From: Octopus bimaculoides
Taxonomy: Eukaryota
Assembly (NCBI RefSeq): GCF_001194135.2
Contig: NC_068996.1
Coordinates: 30,629,363 to 30,674,240, forward strand
DNA length: 44,878 nt
Reading direction: 5' to 3'
The notes under the pieces: generated by a model
What the model saw: the letters and a program-made list of their open reading frames with translations, nothing else
What the model was told of the DNA's origin: nothing
Databases searched by the model: none
In this document: piece after piece, positions 34,430-44,878 of the stretch
How positions within the stretch are numbered: the first letter of the stretch is position 1
Layout: each line of letters opens with the position of its first letter
Made by a program: the position numbers and the translations under genes

Positions 34430-35200
34430 CCTTATACATGTGTCTCTTGCTGGAATATTGACTCATCTAGGATCTTACACTGTAGAAGGTCTAAATGTTA
34501 TTTGAATGTGTTGACATTCCCACACCATGTGATCCCTTATGTTAAATTAAAAGATATGCTAATGAGCTATGAATCCCAAGCTACCACAGTATCTAATCCT
34601 AATAAACAATGGAGATATTTAAAATTTGGCACATTGCTACTCCCTCCGAGATCTTCCAAATATAAAAACTTCTGAATATTTCTCATTTCTTCACACCAGG
34701 GAGGTGAGTTTTAAAACTTTTTAACCTTTCTTAGTAATTCAATGGATGAGGAGGCAAACTTTTACAAGCTCGTCAATAAGATTGACAGTATGGAGAGGTC
34801 AGCTGTCATTAGTAATCCAGATAAGTGACTTTCACATGTTTTCTTGTTCTAAATGTTTTCAAGATCTATTCTATCAGTTGCCTGCAAGATGTTGCCATCT
34901 TAGTAATATTCAATGATGCATCCTTAGTCAATATGATTTTTAGGTCTTGCACAGTTTCTGACTCTGTGATTTCAATTTCTCCTAGCCACCCCCCCCCCCT
35001 TTTTTTTTAAATCTCAGCTGCAGAGTGTTAGGGGCTAAGCTGTAACTGCATATATGATAGATGTACTTTGTGTATTGTTGACCTCATTCAGTGCTGCAAC
35101 TGACAGTGGACATTCTAATAATTGCGGAGACATTTGAGAGATAGATTGCAAACAGTAATGGTTTGCAGCAATTTGATGGCTGCCTCAATATTTACAGAGT
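34430..35200 (-). mobile_element. Decayed CR1/L2-type LINE 3' fragment
   Basis: Minus strand PLLFAIYLSNVSAIIRMSTVSC, VQDLKIILTKD...ILKTFRTR, YIWKISEG and NTFK*HLD, matching CR1-type ORF2 C-terminal motifs. Confidence 0.7.
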
Positions 35201-35537
35201 CACATATGTTTGTGTGTGTATACCTACCTACCTACTTACCTACCTTATATATATATATGTATATATATGTGTGTGTGTGTGTGTATATAATATATATATA
35301 NNNNNNNNNNATATATGTATATATATATATATATGATGATATATTGGTATGTATGTGTGTATGTAGATAAGCACAAATATCTAATCAGGCACACACATAC
35401 ACTCACAGACATATGCAGAAGCATGAACACTGGAGCTATAAACTTAATAAATATATATATGTATATATATTATCATTTGTCAGTGGAAGCTTTTACAAAT
35501 TTATTCTTTCCTATGTATAACAAATGTTACATAAATG

Positions 35538-35632
35538 AATAAATAAATGAAATTGGTATATATATATATATTCACATGCGTTTTGTTGAGTATTTTTTGT
35601 TTTTGTATATTATATGTATTTTTTTCTATTTT
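35538..35632 (+). terminator. Candidate ACBD3 polyadenylation signal
   Basis: Overlapping AATAAA hexamers at 35538 and 35542, followed by a U/GU-rich tract at 35581-35632. Another AATAAA lies at 34601. AATAAA is common by chance in AT-rich DNA. Confidence 0.3.
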
Positions 35633-36673
35633 TTATGTATAAATACAATTCCTCTGTTCCATTTGATTTTGCAACTAAGAAACCAAGAACACGACTGCTC
35701 TGTTACAACTTGTTCCTGATAACCATCAACAATAAATCTTATGGGAGTTTGAACTGCTATTACTAACAACCATTTCCCTTGAATGATTGAAAATAATGAT
35801 AGAGACAAGTGGGAACAACGATAAAAAGCTGCCCTTATCAACTAAATTAATCTTGATTAGGTCGCTTCCTTTCTACGTTGTACTCTTGACCTGTCTTAAC
35901 TAACGGGAACCAAACTTAAGAACAGCAACTTCATTGATGCCTTTCAGGTTGCTTTTGGTTAACCTTTCACTGTAATGCAATGTAGTAACTATATATCAAT
36001 GTAGTAACACAAAATAAGAAAAAACTCAATACTATAAATTGAGTAAATTCTATGCCTTGTCACAGTACATGGATAGATTGCCAAAGTGTCATTTATTTCA
36101 AAGTTTCTACACATTATATATGTATATATGTGTGCCTCGCACATGTGTGTCCACCTTGTATTTGGAAAGTACAAAATGAACATCCACAAAACCACATATT
36201 ATTTGCCATTTCATAGGGTTGTTATTTTGAGAAGTAGTAACTAAATCTCCCTCAAACCACCAGGCCCTTGTTTGTCAAGAAAGTACATGGAGTAGTATTT
36301 AACAAACAAAAGCTCAAAACCTAAAGTTGGGAAAATGGGGTTTGTATGAGTTGAGGAAAAATTCTAATATATACATGTGTGATGTCAAATTATTTTTCTT
36401 TAATTTCTCTCTTTAAATAGAGAATGAGAAACTTATTTTGCTTAAAAGAGTTCCAACACTGTCTGTTTTTTATGTTTTATTTATATTCCTGCAGAACTAA
36501 TGTGGGGTATAGAATATGGAATATACAATATATAATATGATATACAATATACAATATAAAATAAAATAAAATAAAAATGGATGGCACCATGAAAGAAAGT
36601 ATTGAATGTAGATGAAATATTGAGTGTTCAATATAAAGGATCAAATATATAAATATAAATATATATATATAAA

Positions 36674-36713
36674 GGCGACTCGAGTTTCAGGGCTATTTCC
36701 CTTCGTCATGGCC
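36674..36713 (-). ncRNA. Minimal type I hammerhead-ribozyme-like motif (Penelope/retrozyme type)
   Basis: Minus strand GGC-C(A)UGACGA-AGGG-AAAUAG-CCCU-GAAA-CUCGAG-UC/GCC: 3-bp stem I, 4-bp stem II, palindromic ACUCGAGU stem III, GUC site. One extra A in the core. Confidence 0.6.
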
Positions 36714-36718
36714 GGTAT

Positions 36719-36789
<71 letters not shown>

Positions 36790-36792
<3 letters not shown>

Positions 36793-37560
36793 GGTGGCAG
36801 CTGTTCAGTTAATTTAGATAAACAGCTCTTTGCACACTCCTTAAGTGAACTATCAAATCAAAAATATAGGAGACAAAGCAGTGTACTTTCCTAATCCCAA
36901 TTGCTTTGCCGGTGACTTCAGGTTTACATTGAAAAGATTGAGATAATTCTCATTTTTAATTGTTCCCTCAATTCAGATTAATTTTCCTGTGCCTTTAGCA
37001 GAAAGACTGCTCCTCAGCATTATACTGCCTCCACCATGTTTGATGGTAAGGATGGTATTCTTTGGATTGTAGGCTTCTCTTTTCTTCCAATGATAGTCCC
37101 ATTGTGAGCAAATCATTTGAGTTTTATTTCAGCAGATCACAGAAAAGAGTGCCAAAAACATTCAGGCTTCTTCAGAAAGTCTATTGTAAACTTCAAATGA
37201 GCAGTCAAGTGCTCTTCTACAACAATTGCATCTTCTGGGGACAACAGGCCTTCAAGCCACCTGTATTGAAAGTTTGAGCTATCATTGACCTAGAAGCATG
37301 AACTCTGTTAGCTATCAAATTGACTTTCATTTTTGTAACAGTTATCTTAGGATCTTTGTTAACCATTTTAATTAACATCTGCTCATCTTGTTCTGAAAAG
37401 AGCTTCTTGGTGGAGGTAGTTTGTTCTTTAGTCAACTGGTATCTCAATGTTCCATGGTTATGTTGCAAACAATTGATCTAGCCATATCGAAATTCTTAGA
37501 TATTGTCTTATACCAATCTCCTGCAGCATGAGCATCAACAATACACCAGATGTCCTCCTT
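36790..37560 (-). mobile_element. Tc1-like transposase remnant
   Basis: HTH-region LSEQDEQMLIKMVNKDPKITVTKM...SRSMIAQTFNTGGLKACCPQK and downstream GSIMV..IEGTIK remnants, with stops. Confidence 0.75.
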
Positions 37561-37578
37561 TGGCAAAATTTGTGCTTT

Positions 37579-37956
37579 AGGTGCAGGAGTGCCTGTGTGG
37601 TAAGTAGCTTGCTTACCAACCACATGGTTCCGGGTTCAGTCCCACTGCGTGGCACCTTGGGCAAGTATCTTCTACTATAGTCTCAGGCCGGCTAAAGCCT
37701 TGTGAATGGATTTGGTAGATGGAAACTGAAAGAACCCCATCGTATATATGTGTGTTTGTGTTTGTCACCCCCTCCCTCCACAAGATCGCTTGACAACCGA
37801 AGCTGGTGTATTTACATCCCTGTAACTTAGCGGTTCGGCAAAAGAGACCGATAGAATAAGTACTAGGCTTACAAAGAATGAGTCCTGGGATGATTTCCTC
37901 GACTAAGGGCAGTGCTCCGACATGGCCACAGTCAAATGAGTGAAACAAGTAAAAGA
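37579..37956 (+). mobile_element. Near full-length tRNA-derived SINE (CORE-like, resembling octopus OR-type SINEs)
   Basis: A box TGCCTGTGTGG, B box GGTTCAGTCCC (37633-37643), CORE-like GTGGCACCTTGGGCAAGT, internal (TA)/(TG) tract, tail GAAACAAGTAAAAGA. The family name is from memory. Confidence 0.88.
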
Positions 37957-38058
37957 CTATAGTTAACATTATTGTGGCATAAAGAGTATTGTTGTTGACA
38001 TCCAATTTTAGTGAGAAATTCAATAAAACCCATTTTTGATAAGGGGTGTGTATGTATG

Positions 38059-38094
<36 letters not shown>

Positions 38095-38095
<1 letters not shown>

Positions 38096-38170
38096 TTCCA
38101 ATTGGCAGAGTTTCTACAGCTGGATGCATTAGGAAGGGCATCCAGCTGTAGAAACTCTGCCAATTGGAAA
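38095..38170. repeat. Perfect 33-bp inverted repeat with a 10-nt loop
   Basis: TTTCCAATTGGCAGAGTTTCTACAGCTGGATGC (38095-38127) and its exact reverse complement (38138-38170). Confidence 0.99.
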
Positions 38171-38700
38171 CATGCTGTGCGTGAGAAGACCCGGCAAGCC
38201 AAGTGAGACCTAAATCTAAGGCCTCAGCCAGTCCACTTATGCGTACCTTCCTTCATTGGACACTAAACTCTACTTGCGAAGACCTGTTGAGGCAAGTGAA
38301 ATCGAAATCGAGTTAAATTCGACGACTGGCACCCATGCCAACGTTGTTTCCTTCATTGGANNNNNNNNNNNNNNNNNNNNNNNNNNNNNNNNNNNNNNNN
38401 NNNNNNNNNNNNNNNNNNNNNNNNNNNNNNNNNNNNNNNNNNNNNNNNNNNNNNNNNNNNNNNNNNNNNNNNNNNNNNNNNNNNNNNNNNNNNNNNNNNN
38501 NNNNNNNNNNNNNNNNNNNNNNNNNNNNNNNNNNNNNNNNNNNNNNNNNNNNNNNNNNNNNNNNNNNNNNNNNNNNNNNNNNNNNNNNNNNNNNNNNNNN
38601 NNNNNNNNNNNNNNNNNNNNNNNNNNNNNNNNNNNNNNNNNNNNNNNNNNNNNNNAACCCATGCTAGCATGGAAAGCAGACATTAAACGACGATGATGAT
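38165..38700 (+). mobile_element. 5'-truncated RTE copy spanning gap 38361-38655
   Basis: ORF-end GAGAAGACCCGGCAAGCC, module-A repeats, and (GAT)n tail at 38692-38700. Confidence 0.9.
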
Positions 38701-38885
38701 ATCATCATCATCATTGTCGTTTAACATCCGCTTTCCATGCTGGCATGGGTTGGGCAGTTTGACTGAGGACTGGCAAGCCAGAAGGCTGCACCAGGCTCCA
38801 ATCTGATCTGGCAAAGTTTCTACAGCTGGATGTCCTTCCTACCACCAACCACTCTGAGAGTTTAGTGGGTACTTTTTATGTGCCA
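38701..38885 (-). mobile_element. RTE 3' UTR copy, tail-to-tail with the previous copy
   Basis: (ATC)n TTGTCGTTTAACATCCGCTTTCCATGCTGGCATGGGTTGG starts directly after 38700. Confidence 0.9.
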
Positions 38886-38904
38886 TGTGTATATTTATTT
38901 ATAT

Positions 38905-39255
38905 ATGTGCAGATGTGGTTGTATGGTAAGAAGTGGTTGTCTGGGTTCAATCCTACATTTGGGCCAACCAAAGCTTTATGAATGGATTTAGTAGACAAAA
39001 ACAAAGAAGCCTGTTGTATGTGTGTGTGTCTCTTTGTGTCTGTATATATGGTGCCCCCTCCCCCACTGCCACCACCATTTGACAACCAGTGTTGGTGTGT
39101 TTACATCCCCAAGACTTAGCAGTTCAACAAAACAAACCAATAAAATAAGTGCCAGGCTTAAAAAAGTACTGGAGTCAATTTGTTTGACTAAAATTCAAGG
39201 CAGTACCCCAGTGTGGCCACAGTCTAATGACTGAAACAAGTAAAAGATAAAAGAT
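38905..39255 (+). mobile_element. tRNA-derived SINE with internal deletion
   Basis: GGTTGTATGGTAAGAAG, GGGTTCAATCC and tail AATGACTGAAACAAGTAAAAGATAAAAGA. Confidence 0.8.
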
Positions 39256-39529
39256 ATGCAGCACTTAATTATCCTTATCACCAATCCTTTTGTCTCAATT
39301 AAAAACCTTACCCGGGAATTACTGGCTATCTCTACTGATGTATTTGTATGTACATATGGGCAGTAGTATGCTCACACGTGTGTATGCCTGGTGTTCTGGA
39401 TTGCAATGCTGTGTACTACACAAAATCATGATCTCAAGAAAAAGTGTGATTAGAATGAAAGGCACACTTTATTACTAAAAAGAAAGAAGCCCAGAAGTCT
39501 GTTTTGAGATGTTGCTCAATGTGAAGAAT

Positions 39530-39700
39530 GCATGTGTTCTACTCCTAAGTTGGCTTAACAGAACCTGCAATCCAGATTGACAACAGTATAATAGCTATAA
39601 CAATTAAGGATATGAATGGAAGGTACCTTGTTCACCAGGAATTACTACTGAGACATTGAAAATGTCTGGCAAGCTATGACTCAAGCTCACCACCTGAATC
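39530..39700 (+). mobile_element. Possible Tc1 transposase scrap
   Basis: EW..PCSP...IENVWQAM across a frameshift resembles EWPxxSPDLNPIENVW. Confidence 0.35.
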
Positions 39701-40400
39701 ATTGTCAACCAACTAGTACAGAAAGATGTTATGCCCAATGACTAGCATAACAATATCTTGTGTATATTGTTAAAAATAAAATGTGCAACTAGGGTGGCAG
39801 GAAAAAGCATTTTTGATAATATTGTAATTTCAAAAGAAAAAAAAAGCAGCTTATCTACAACACAAATCATTAATGCACATAAAACGCAAGTTACTAGTAC
39901 AGTTGATTGGAAGTAGAAATAACAATAGACAAACAGGTAATATTGCAATACAAAATAAGCTGAAAACATTGCAATACAAAATAAGCTGAAAACACAGAAA
40001 GAAAATTGGAGGAAAACTTCAATGTCCTTTAATAAAAACTTTTATTGATTTCAAAGCACAGACTCTTCATCAAAGCCTTAAAATTCATCATCACTGCTGT
40101 TGGTATTACTGTTTTCAATTAATGCATCATCTATCAAGAGAAAAACTTGAGAATTTATATGGAGTATCCTTAACAGAGTCTCTTCTTACCAATCAGGAGT
40201 TTGCAATTTCTGTACTATCTCCATGAGAAACTGCATGTATTCCAACAATTTTCAGTATCCATCAGTAGGAAAATCAACCTATACAGTTGGGGTTAAGAAA
40301 AATACAACTGTTAATGGGCTTCAAACAATTGGTCATAAATAACCAGGAAATGCTAGCTTAGCACTAGATGGCCCATACATAATTACAGGATATGTTATCC

Positions 40401-41042
40401 CGGATCTATTTTAAAACGGTGGCGCCAGTATTTTCTTAACAAAACACTAACAAAACACTTTGAAACTTGGGACACTGGTAGAATGTGTCATATAAAACAT
40501 CTTTTACTCTTAGTCTTCTTAACAAAAAAAGGAATTCGCAAGTTATTCCATGTTAAAGTTGTCGTATTTCTGTAATTTCAACCAATCACTGACGTCTATT
40601 CAGCTGAATAGAGTTACTGCTGGGCGGTCATAAAAATGTTATTCCCTGTGACATATTTCATCCGGTTTAATCGTAATTTATACGCATATATTGTTTATAT
40701 AATAAATTATGCTGTGTGTATCTATGTGTGTAACAATTTTAGAGTTCGGATTCTAGAGTTAGGGTTAGGGTTACGGTTACGGTTAACAGTCTAGTTAGGG
40801 TTAGGGTTAGGGGATTAATACGATATACACCGTTACAGCGCTAACTGTTTTCAACTGAATAGACGTCAGTGATTAGTAGAAATTATCGAAATAAGACAAT
40901 TTTTTGCATGAAATAAATTCGAATACAAAAATATTTTTTTGTTCTATAACACAAAGTATATGAAGTTTGAAAGTCTTTCCGTACCAAAAACACTACATAA
41001 AACATAAATGAAAACTGGCGCCCCCGTTTTAAAATAGATCCG
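40401..41042. mobile_element. Non-autonomous DNA transposon (MITE) with nested inverted repeats and a TTAGGG core
   Basis: 29-bp TIRs at 40401-40429 and 41014-41042 (28/29). Inner IR at 40574-40608 and 40850-40884 (32/35). Five TTAGGG plus variants in 6-nt register at 40759-40812. Confidence 0.92.
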
Positions 41043-41734
41043 TAATCCCTACATTGATATTTTCTCTTCAGCATACTATCACTGTGTCTGCTATCACCTT
41101 TTATGTCAAGTATGGCTGCTTGACACTACCAAACTATTTGTTTCTCCACATAGTTACTGTTTTTGTTGAAGTGTTATACACCACAGTTGGCTGACATCTG
41201 CCTGCTCTATGGCATGGGCCATATAAGGAAACAATTGCTCTTGCTAATTAGCTAAAGTATCCACAAGACCTAAAGTGATCGATTTGAGCCTCAAATATTC
41301 TTAGAAACCATTTTAAAATTCCTTTTAAATTCTCTCTACTGTCACTTAATACATCTGAAGATGTGGCTGTGTTCTTTATCCACAAAACCTTAATGTGAAA
41401 CCGAATCAGCCTGTCAGACTTCCAACTCTGTCACATGCTACTTTCATTTGTTTACCTATTCATGTGTTTGTATATATACTTATCTCACCATTGGTATATC
41501 AAACTAAATGTATACACTCCATTTGAAGATATAATGATGTAGATTGCCGGAAGTAAATGATATTTGCACATTGATATATAAGAAATAGTGAATAAAATAC
41601 ACACTGGTATTGCAACAGCTTGCCAGGTCACATAAAACTTTACCATATGCTTTAAATTAAAATCACCATTTGTGTATCAATAAACATTTACACACCATTA
41701 GAAGACACAATGCTGGGGAATTGTCTTATCTTTT

Positions 41735-41950
41735 ATCTTTTACCTTTTAGTTGTTTCAGTCATTGGACTGTGGCCATGTATATATGATGGGCTTCTTTCA
41801 GTTTCTGTCTATCAAATCCACTCACCAAGCTTTGGTTGGCCCAAAGCTATAGTAGAAGACACTTGCCCAAGATGCCACACAGTGGGACTGAAACTGGAAC
41901 CATGTGATTGAGAAGCAAGCTTCTTACCATACAGCTACACCTGCACCTAT
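41735..41950 (-). mobile_element. tRNA-derived SINE, internally deleted
   Basis: Reverse complement of the head (GAAGACACTTGCCCAAG..GTGGGACTGAA..GAACCATGTG) joined directly to the tail end. Confidence 0.85.
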
Positions 41951-42389
41951 GGCACTACGCTGGGGAATTGTCTTTGATAAAAATCTCTTTGTAGATTTAT
42001 ATCAAAAACAGACAGTAGCTTGGGGTAGTCTTCCATCTGGCCAGCTCCTATCAACCATCCTACCCATCATGCAAGGAAGATGGACATTAAATAATGATGA
42101 TTATGATGTTGAATGCATATATCAGAGCAAGATTAACATCATCATTGTAGTGACTCTCAAGAATAGAATGTGTTTCACCTTTGTCGAGCCTTGCTAATGC
42201 CTAGCTTGTCATTGAGTTTTTCTATATCCCAGCAAGATTCTGGGTTGATGATTATCTTTTTTTTTTTTGTTTGAGGAGTTGTATGTTATGAATTTCTTTT
42301 TCTCAAACAATCAGTAAAGAGTTTTACTTGAATGTCTTGAGGCATGTGAGACAAGAATGTGAGGGAAGAGACTCAAGAGGTATGGAGGA

Positions 42390-42690
42390 ACAAAACTTAG
42401 ATGCTGCATCACAACAACATACCTGCTTATGTAATATTTCTTATTCTGAATTTTAGGCTGGTATGATCACTGGATTTGGTTCCCTGCAGATATTTTGTTT
42501 CTAGAGTTTAAATCTACTTTGAAAGATTGCTAACTTCAGACAATAGAAGAAATTTAAGGAAATTTGCCATGTGAACTGTGCTTTACTAACCTGAAAAGGC
42601 AATTCAGATTGTGTTCCTAAACAGGGAAAAGTTTTGGGAGTGTTGTATCAATGGTAGAGTGACTGCTTTAAAGGAAATGGGACTAATTAA
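42390..42690 (+). mobile_element. Mariner transposase C-terminal remnant (different lineage from 6124-7294)
   Basis: MLHHNNIPAY, SLDLVPADILFLEFKSTLK, LQTIEEI and FWECCINGR match the HHDNAPAH / SPDLAPADFFLFPKLKS / WERCI motifs across frameshifts. Confidence 0.7.
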
Positions 42691-42718
42691 GCTTAAGTAA
42701 AGAAAAAACAAATTATAT

Positions 42719-43105
42719 ACAGGTGCAGGCATGGCTGTGTGGTAAGAAGCTTGCTTCCCAAACACATGGTTCCGGGTTCAGTCCCACTGTGTAGCACCTT
42801 GAACAAGTGTCTTCTACTAGAACTTTGGGCTGACCAAAGCTTGTGAGTGGATTTGATAGATGGAAACTGAAAAGAAGCTCGTCATATATTACTTTACACT
42901 TTTCAGTCATTTGACTGTGGCCATACTGGAGCACTGCCTTAAAGAGTTTTAGTTGAAGAAATCGACTCCAAGACTTTGTAAGCCTAGTACTTATTCTATT
43001 GGTCTCTTTTGCTGAACTTCTAAGTTACAGGGACATAAATGGTGGTGGTGGTGGTGGGGACAAACAAAGACACACACACACACACACACACATAAATACA
43101 TATAT
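42719..43105. mobile_element. tRNA-derived SINE head (+) followed by an inverted SINE 3' half (-)
   Basis: 42719-42885 is the sense head with A and B boxes. 42886-43105 is the reverse complement of the tail half of 37579-37956. Confidence 0.85.
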
Positions 43106-43754
43106 ATACTTTTAATACTTTTCTTCATGGATTGTGTGTTCATTTCCCTTTTTGCTATCTATGATTTTATTGCTGTTCTTCAATATAAATGTAGATATTT
43201 CCTCTGTCTGGCTGCTTTTCTTTCTACAAAATGGGAAGTTACATTGTAGAATAGTTATTTTAACAAATTGTATTTATTTATCACCCAACAAGATACATCT
43301 GCACCGCTGGATGCTACTGAACTAGTTGTTGAGTGTCCCACCCATGAGGAATTGATGCTAAGTGTGTTGAAACAGTTGTCGTGATTAATAATAAATTCTT
43401 GTATATTCCATTTTCCGTCTTTCATTTGCTATATATATATATATATATATATATGTCCCTAACGATGTCGTCAAACTCACTCATTTATTCAAGTTTTTCA
43501 GTTTTAATTTCCTCACATAGTTGGCTACCTCTGTAATTCTGTCTTAGACTTAGCTGGCAGAAAACCCTTATTTCTCAATTCTATTTATACCATTCAATAT
43601 TTACTGTGTCTATGCGACAGAAATCCCCAAAACTATCTCTCTATTCTCCCTCGTGCTGGCCTAACCCACCTCTGTCTCCCTCGCTCTCTATCTCTCTTCT
43701 CCTCCCGCTTTCTATTGACCACATTCCCACACTCAACCGAAATACCTCTGCAGC

Positions 43755-44878
43755 AATGGGCAATGGTTGAGGACAGAACCTTGGTGGACCCCTACCTCTA
43801 CCCAGGATTCTTGTTGCCNNNNNNNNNNNNNNNNNNNNNNNNNNNNNNNNNNNNNNNNNNNNNNNNNNNNNNNNNNNNNNNNNNNNNNNNNNNNNNNNNN
43901 NNNNNNNNNNNNNNNNNNNNNNNNNNNNNNNNNNNNNNNNNNNNNNNNNNNNNNNNNNNNNNNNNNNNNNNNNNNNNNNNNNNNNNNNNNNNNNNNNNNN
44001 NNNNNNNNNNNNNNNNNNNNNNNNNNNNNNNNNNNNNNNNNNNNNNNNNNNNNNNNNNNNNNNNNNNNNNAGTTGGGCTATGACCCTCTCTGTGACTTTC
44101 ATTACCTGATCCAACAACTTGATACCTCTGTGATTATTTGTATCTAAAGCGTCACCTTTACCTTTGTAGCAGTTGACTATGGTGCTGCTACACCAGTCAT
44201 TGGGTATGACACCTTCGTGTATCACCTGGTTCGTAATACGGGTGACTAGGCTATAGCTGACACTGCCAGATATTTTGAGCATCTTGCAGTGATTCCTGAT
44301 GGGCCAGGGGCCTTCCCTGTCTTCATACTCTTAATTGCTTTATCTACCATGGTACTGTCAATTCGGATAGCTGGTCCCTCTGTTGGGTCGACATTCGGCA
44401 GACTCTCTTTCTCCCATTCGTTCCCTTTATTGAGCAATCTTTTGTAGTGGCATTTCCAAACCTATTTCTTTGCAGCCTCGTTTAGTGCAAGTGTACCATC
44501 ATCCATGCGAAAACATTTCTCTCCCACGACATCACGATTCTCTCTCACACACTGTCTTGCAACACGAAATACTTCAAGTCTTTGGTCCTCACGGCACAGA
44601 ATATTGGCAAACTTTTTCTTATCTGCTTCCCCTCTGGCTAAGTAAACCTGTCTTCTAGCTTCCCTTCTAGCAGTCTGATACAATTCCCTGCTACCTCCGT
44701 TCCTCCAGTCCTTCCAAGCCTGTTTCTTTTGTCTAATAGCCCTGTCAGCTACATTGTTCCACCACCACGTTACTTTGAGTTGAGAGGGGACTTTACGCCA
44801 GCCACAGATCTGGTTGGTGGCTCTCAGCAGGTTGTCCCATAGAAACCTCCAGTTGACTTTCACGTTGTATGATGCTAT
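43755..44878 (-). mobile_element. RTE LINE ORF2 fragment (post-endonuclease region to RT), running off the window end
   Basis: TWWWNNVADRAIRQKKQAWKDW, KAPGPSGIT, IPNDWCSSTIVNCYKGKGDA..RGIKLLDQVMKVTERV and VEVGVHQGSVL. Same family as 18053-20120. Frameshifts present. Confidence 0.95.

Larger units (their letters stand above)
1432..44070. other. Assembly gaps (N runs) at 1432-1653, 4770-5103, 6697-6976, 14083-14906, 15826-16743, 24280-24435, 35301-35310, 38361-38655 and 43819-44070
   Basis: Direct reading. All poly-X ORFs in the track arise from these gaps. Confidence 0.99.

Noticed and set aside
37579-37650. tRNA-like A and B boxes (also 4181, 38905, 42719)
   Set aside because: These are SINE heads, followed by SINE body and tail. 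No complete cloverleaf, so not called tRNA genes.
40050-40370. Possible pogo/Tigger transposase C-terminus on the minus strand (SSDDEF*GFDEE)
   Set aside because: Only one short acidic motif; insufficient to call.
40759-40812. TTAGGG array as a chromosome end or fusion scar
   Set aside because: Short, single orientation and enclosed by the TIRs of a MITE.
43455-43480. Minus-strand TTGACGA next to a (TA)n tract, hammerhead-like
   Set aside because: Only half a core; no GAAA or stem III.
32200-44878. A second host gene downstream of ACBD3
   Set aside because: Every recognisable coding trace there is transposon-derived. I found no exon-like segment with host-protein similarity, though small exons of a neighbouring gene could be missed.

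Overview
AT-rich, microsatellite-dense animal genomic DNA with nine assembly gaps. The SINE/RTE families and repeat landscape point to an octopus genome; this is inferred from recalled repeat families, not a database hit. The only host gene I can support is ACBD3 (GCP60, Golgi acyl-CoA-binding/Q/GOLD protein) on the + strand. Seven GT-AG exons from 328 to the stop at 32165-32167 join in frame (phases 2,2,0,1,0,1) into 2230 nt of CDS; the 5' exons lie upstream of the window. One 1264-nt exon adds about 385 aa of N/S/T/G/Q-rich low-complexity linker. The rest is transposon debris: many RTE-clade LINE copies (one family with a PHD-like finger after the RT and a modular 3' UTR ending in (GAT)n), tRNA-derived SINEs, mariner, Tc1, hAT, Helitron, Penelope and CR1 remnants, and a MITE with a TTAGGG core. 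The best leads are an inverted RTE pair bracketing both splice sites of an 8.8-kb intron, a Penelope-type minimal hammerhead motif inside a (TA)n tract, several fold-back structures, and the expanded ACBD3 linker. None of these is shown to be a new system from sequence alone.
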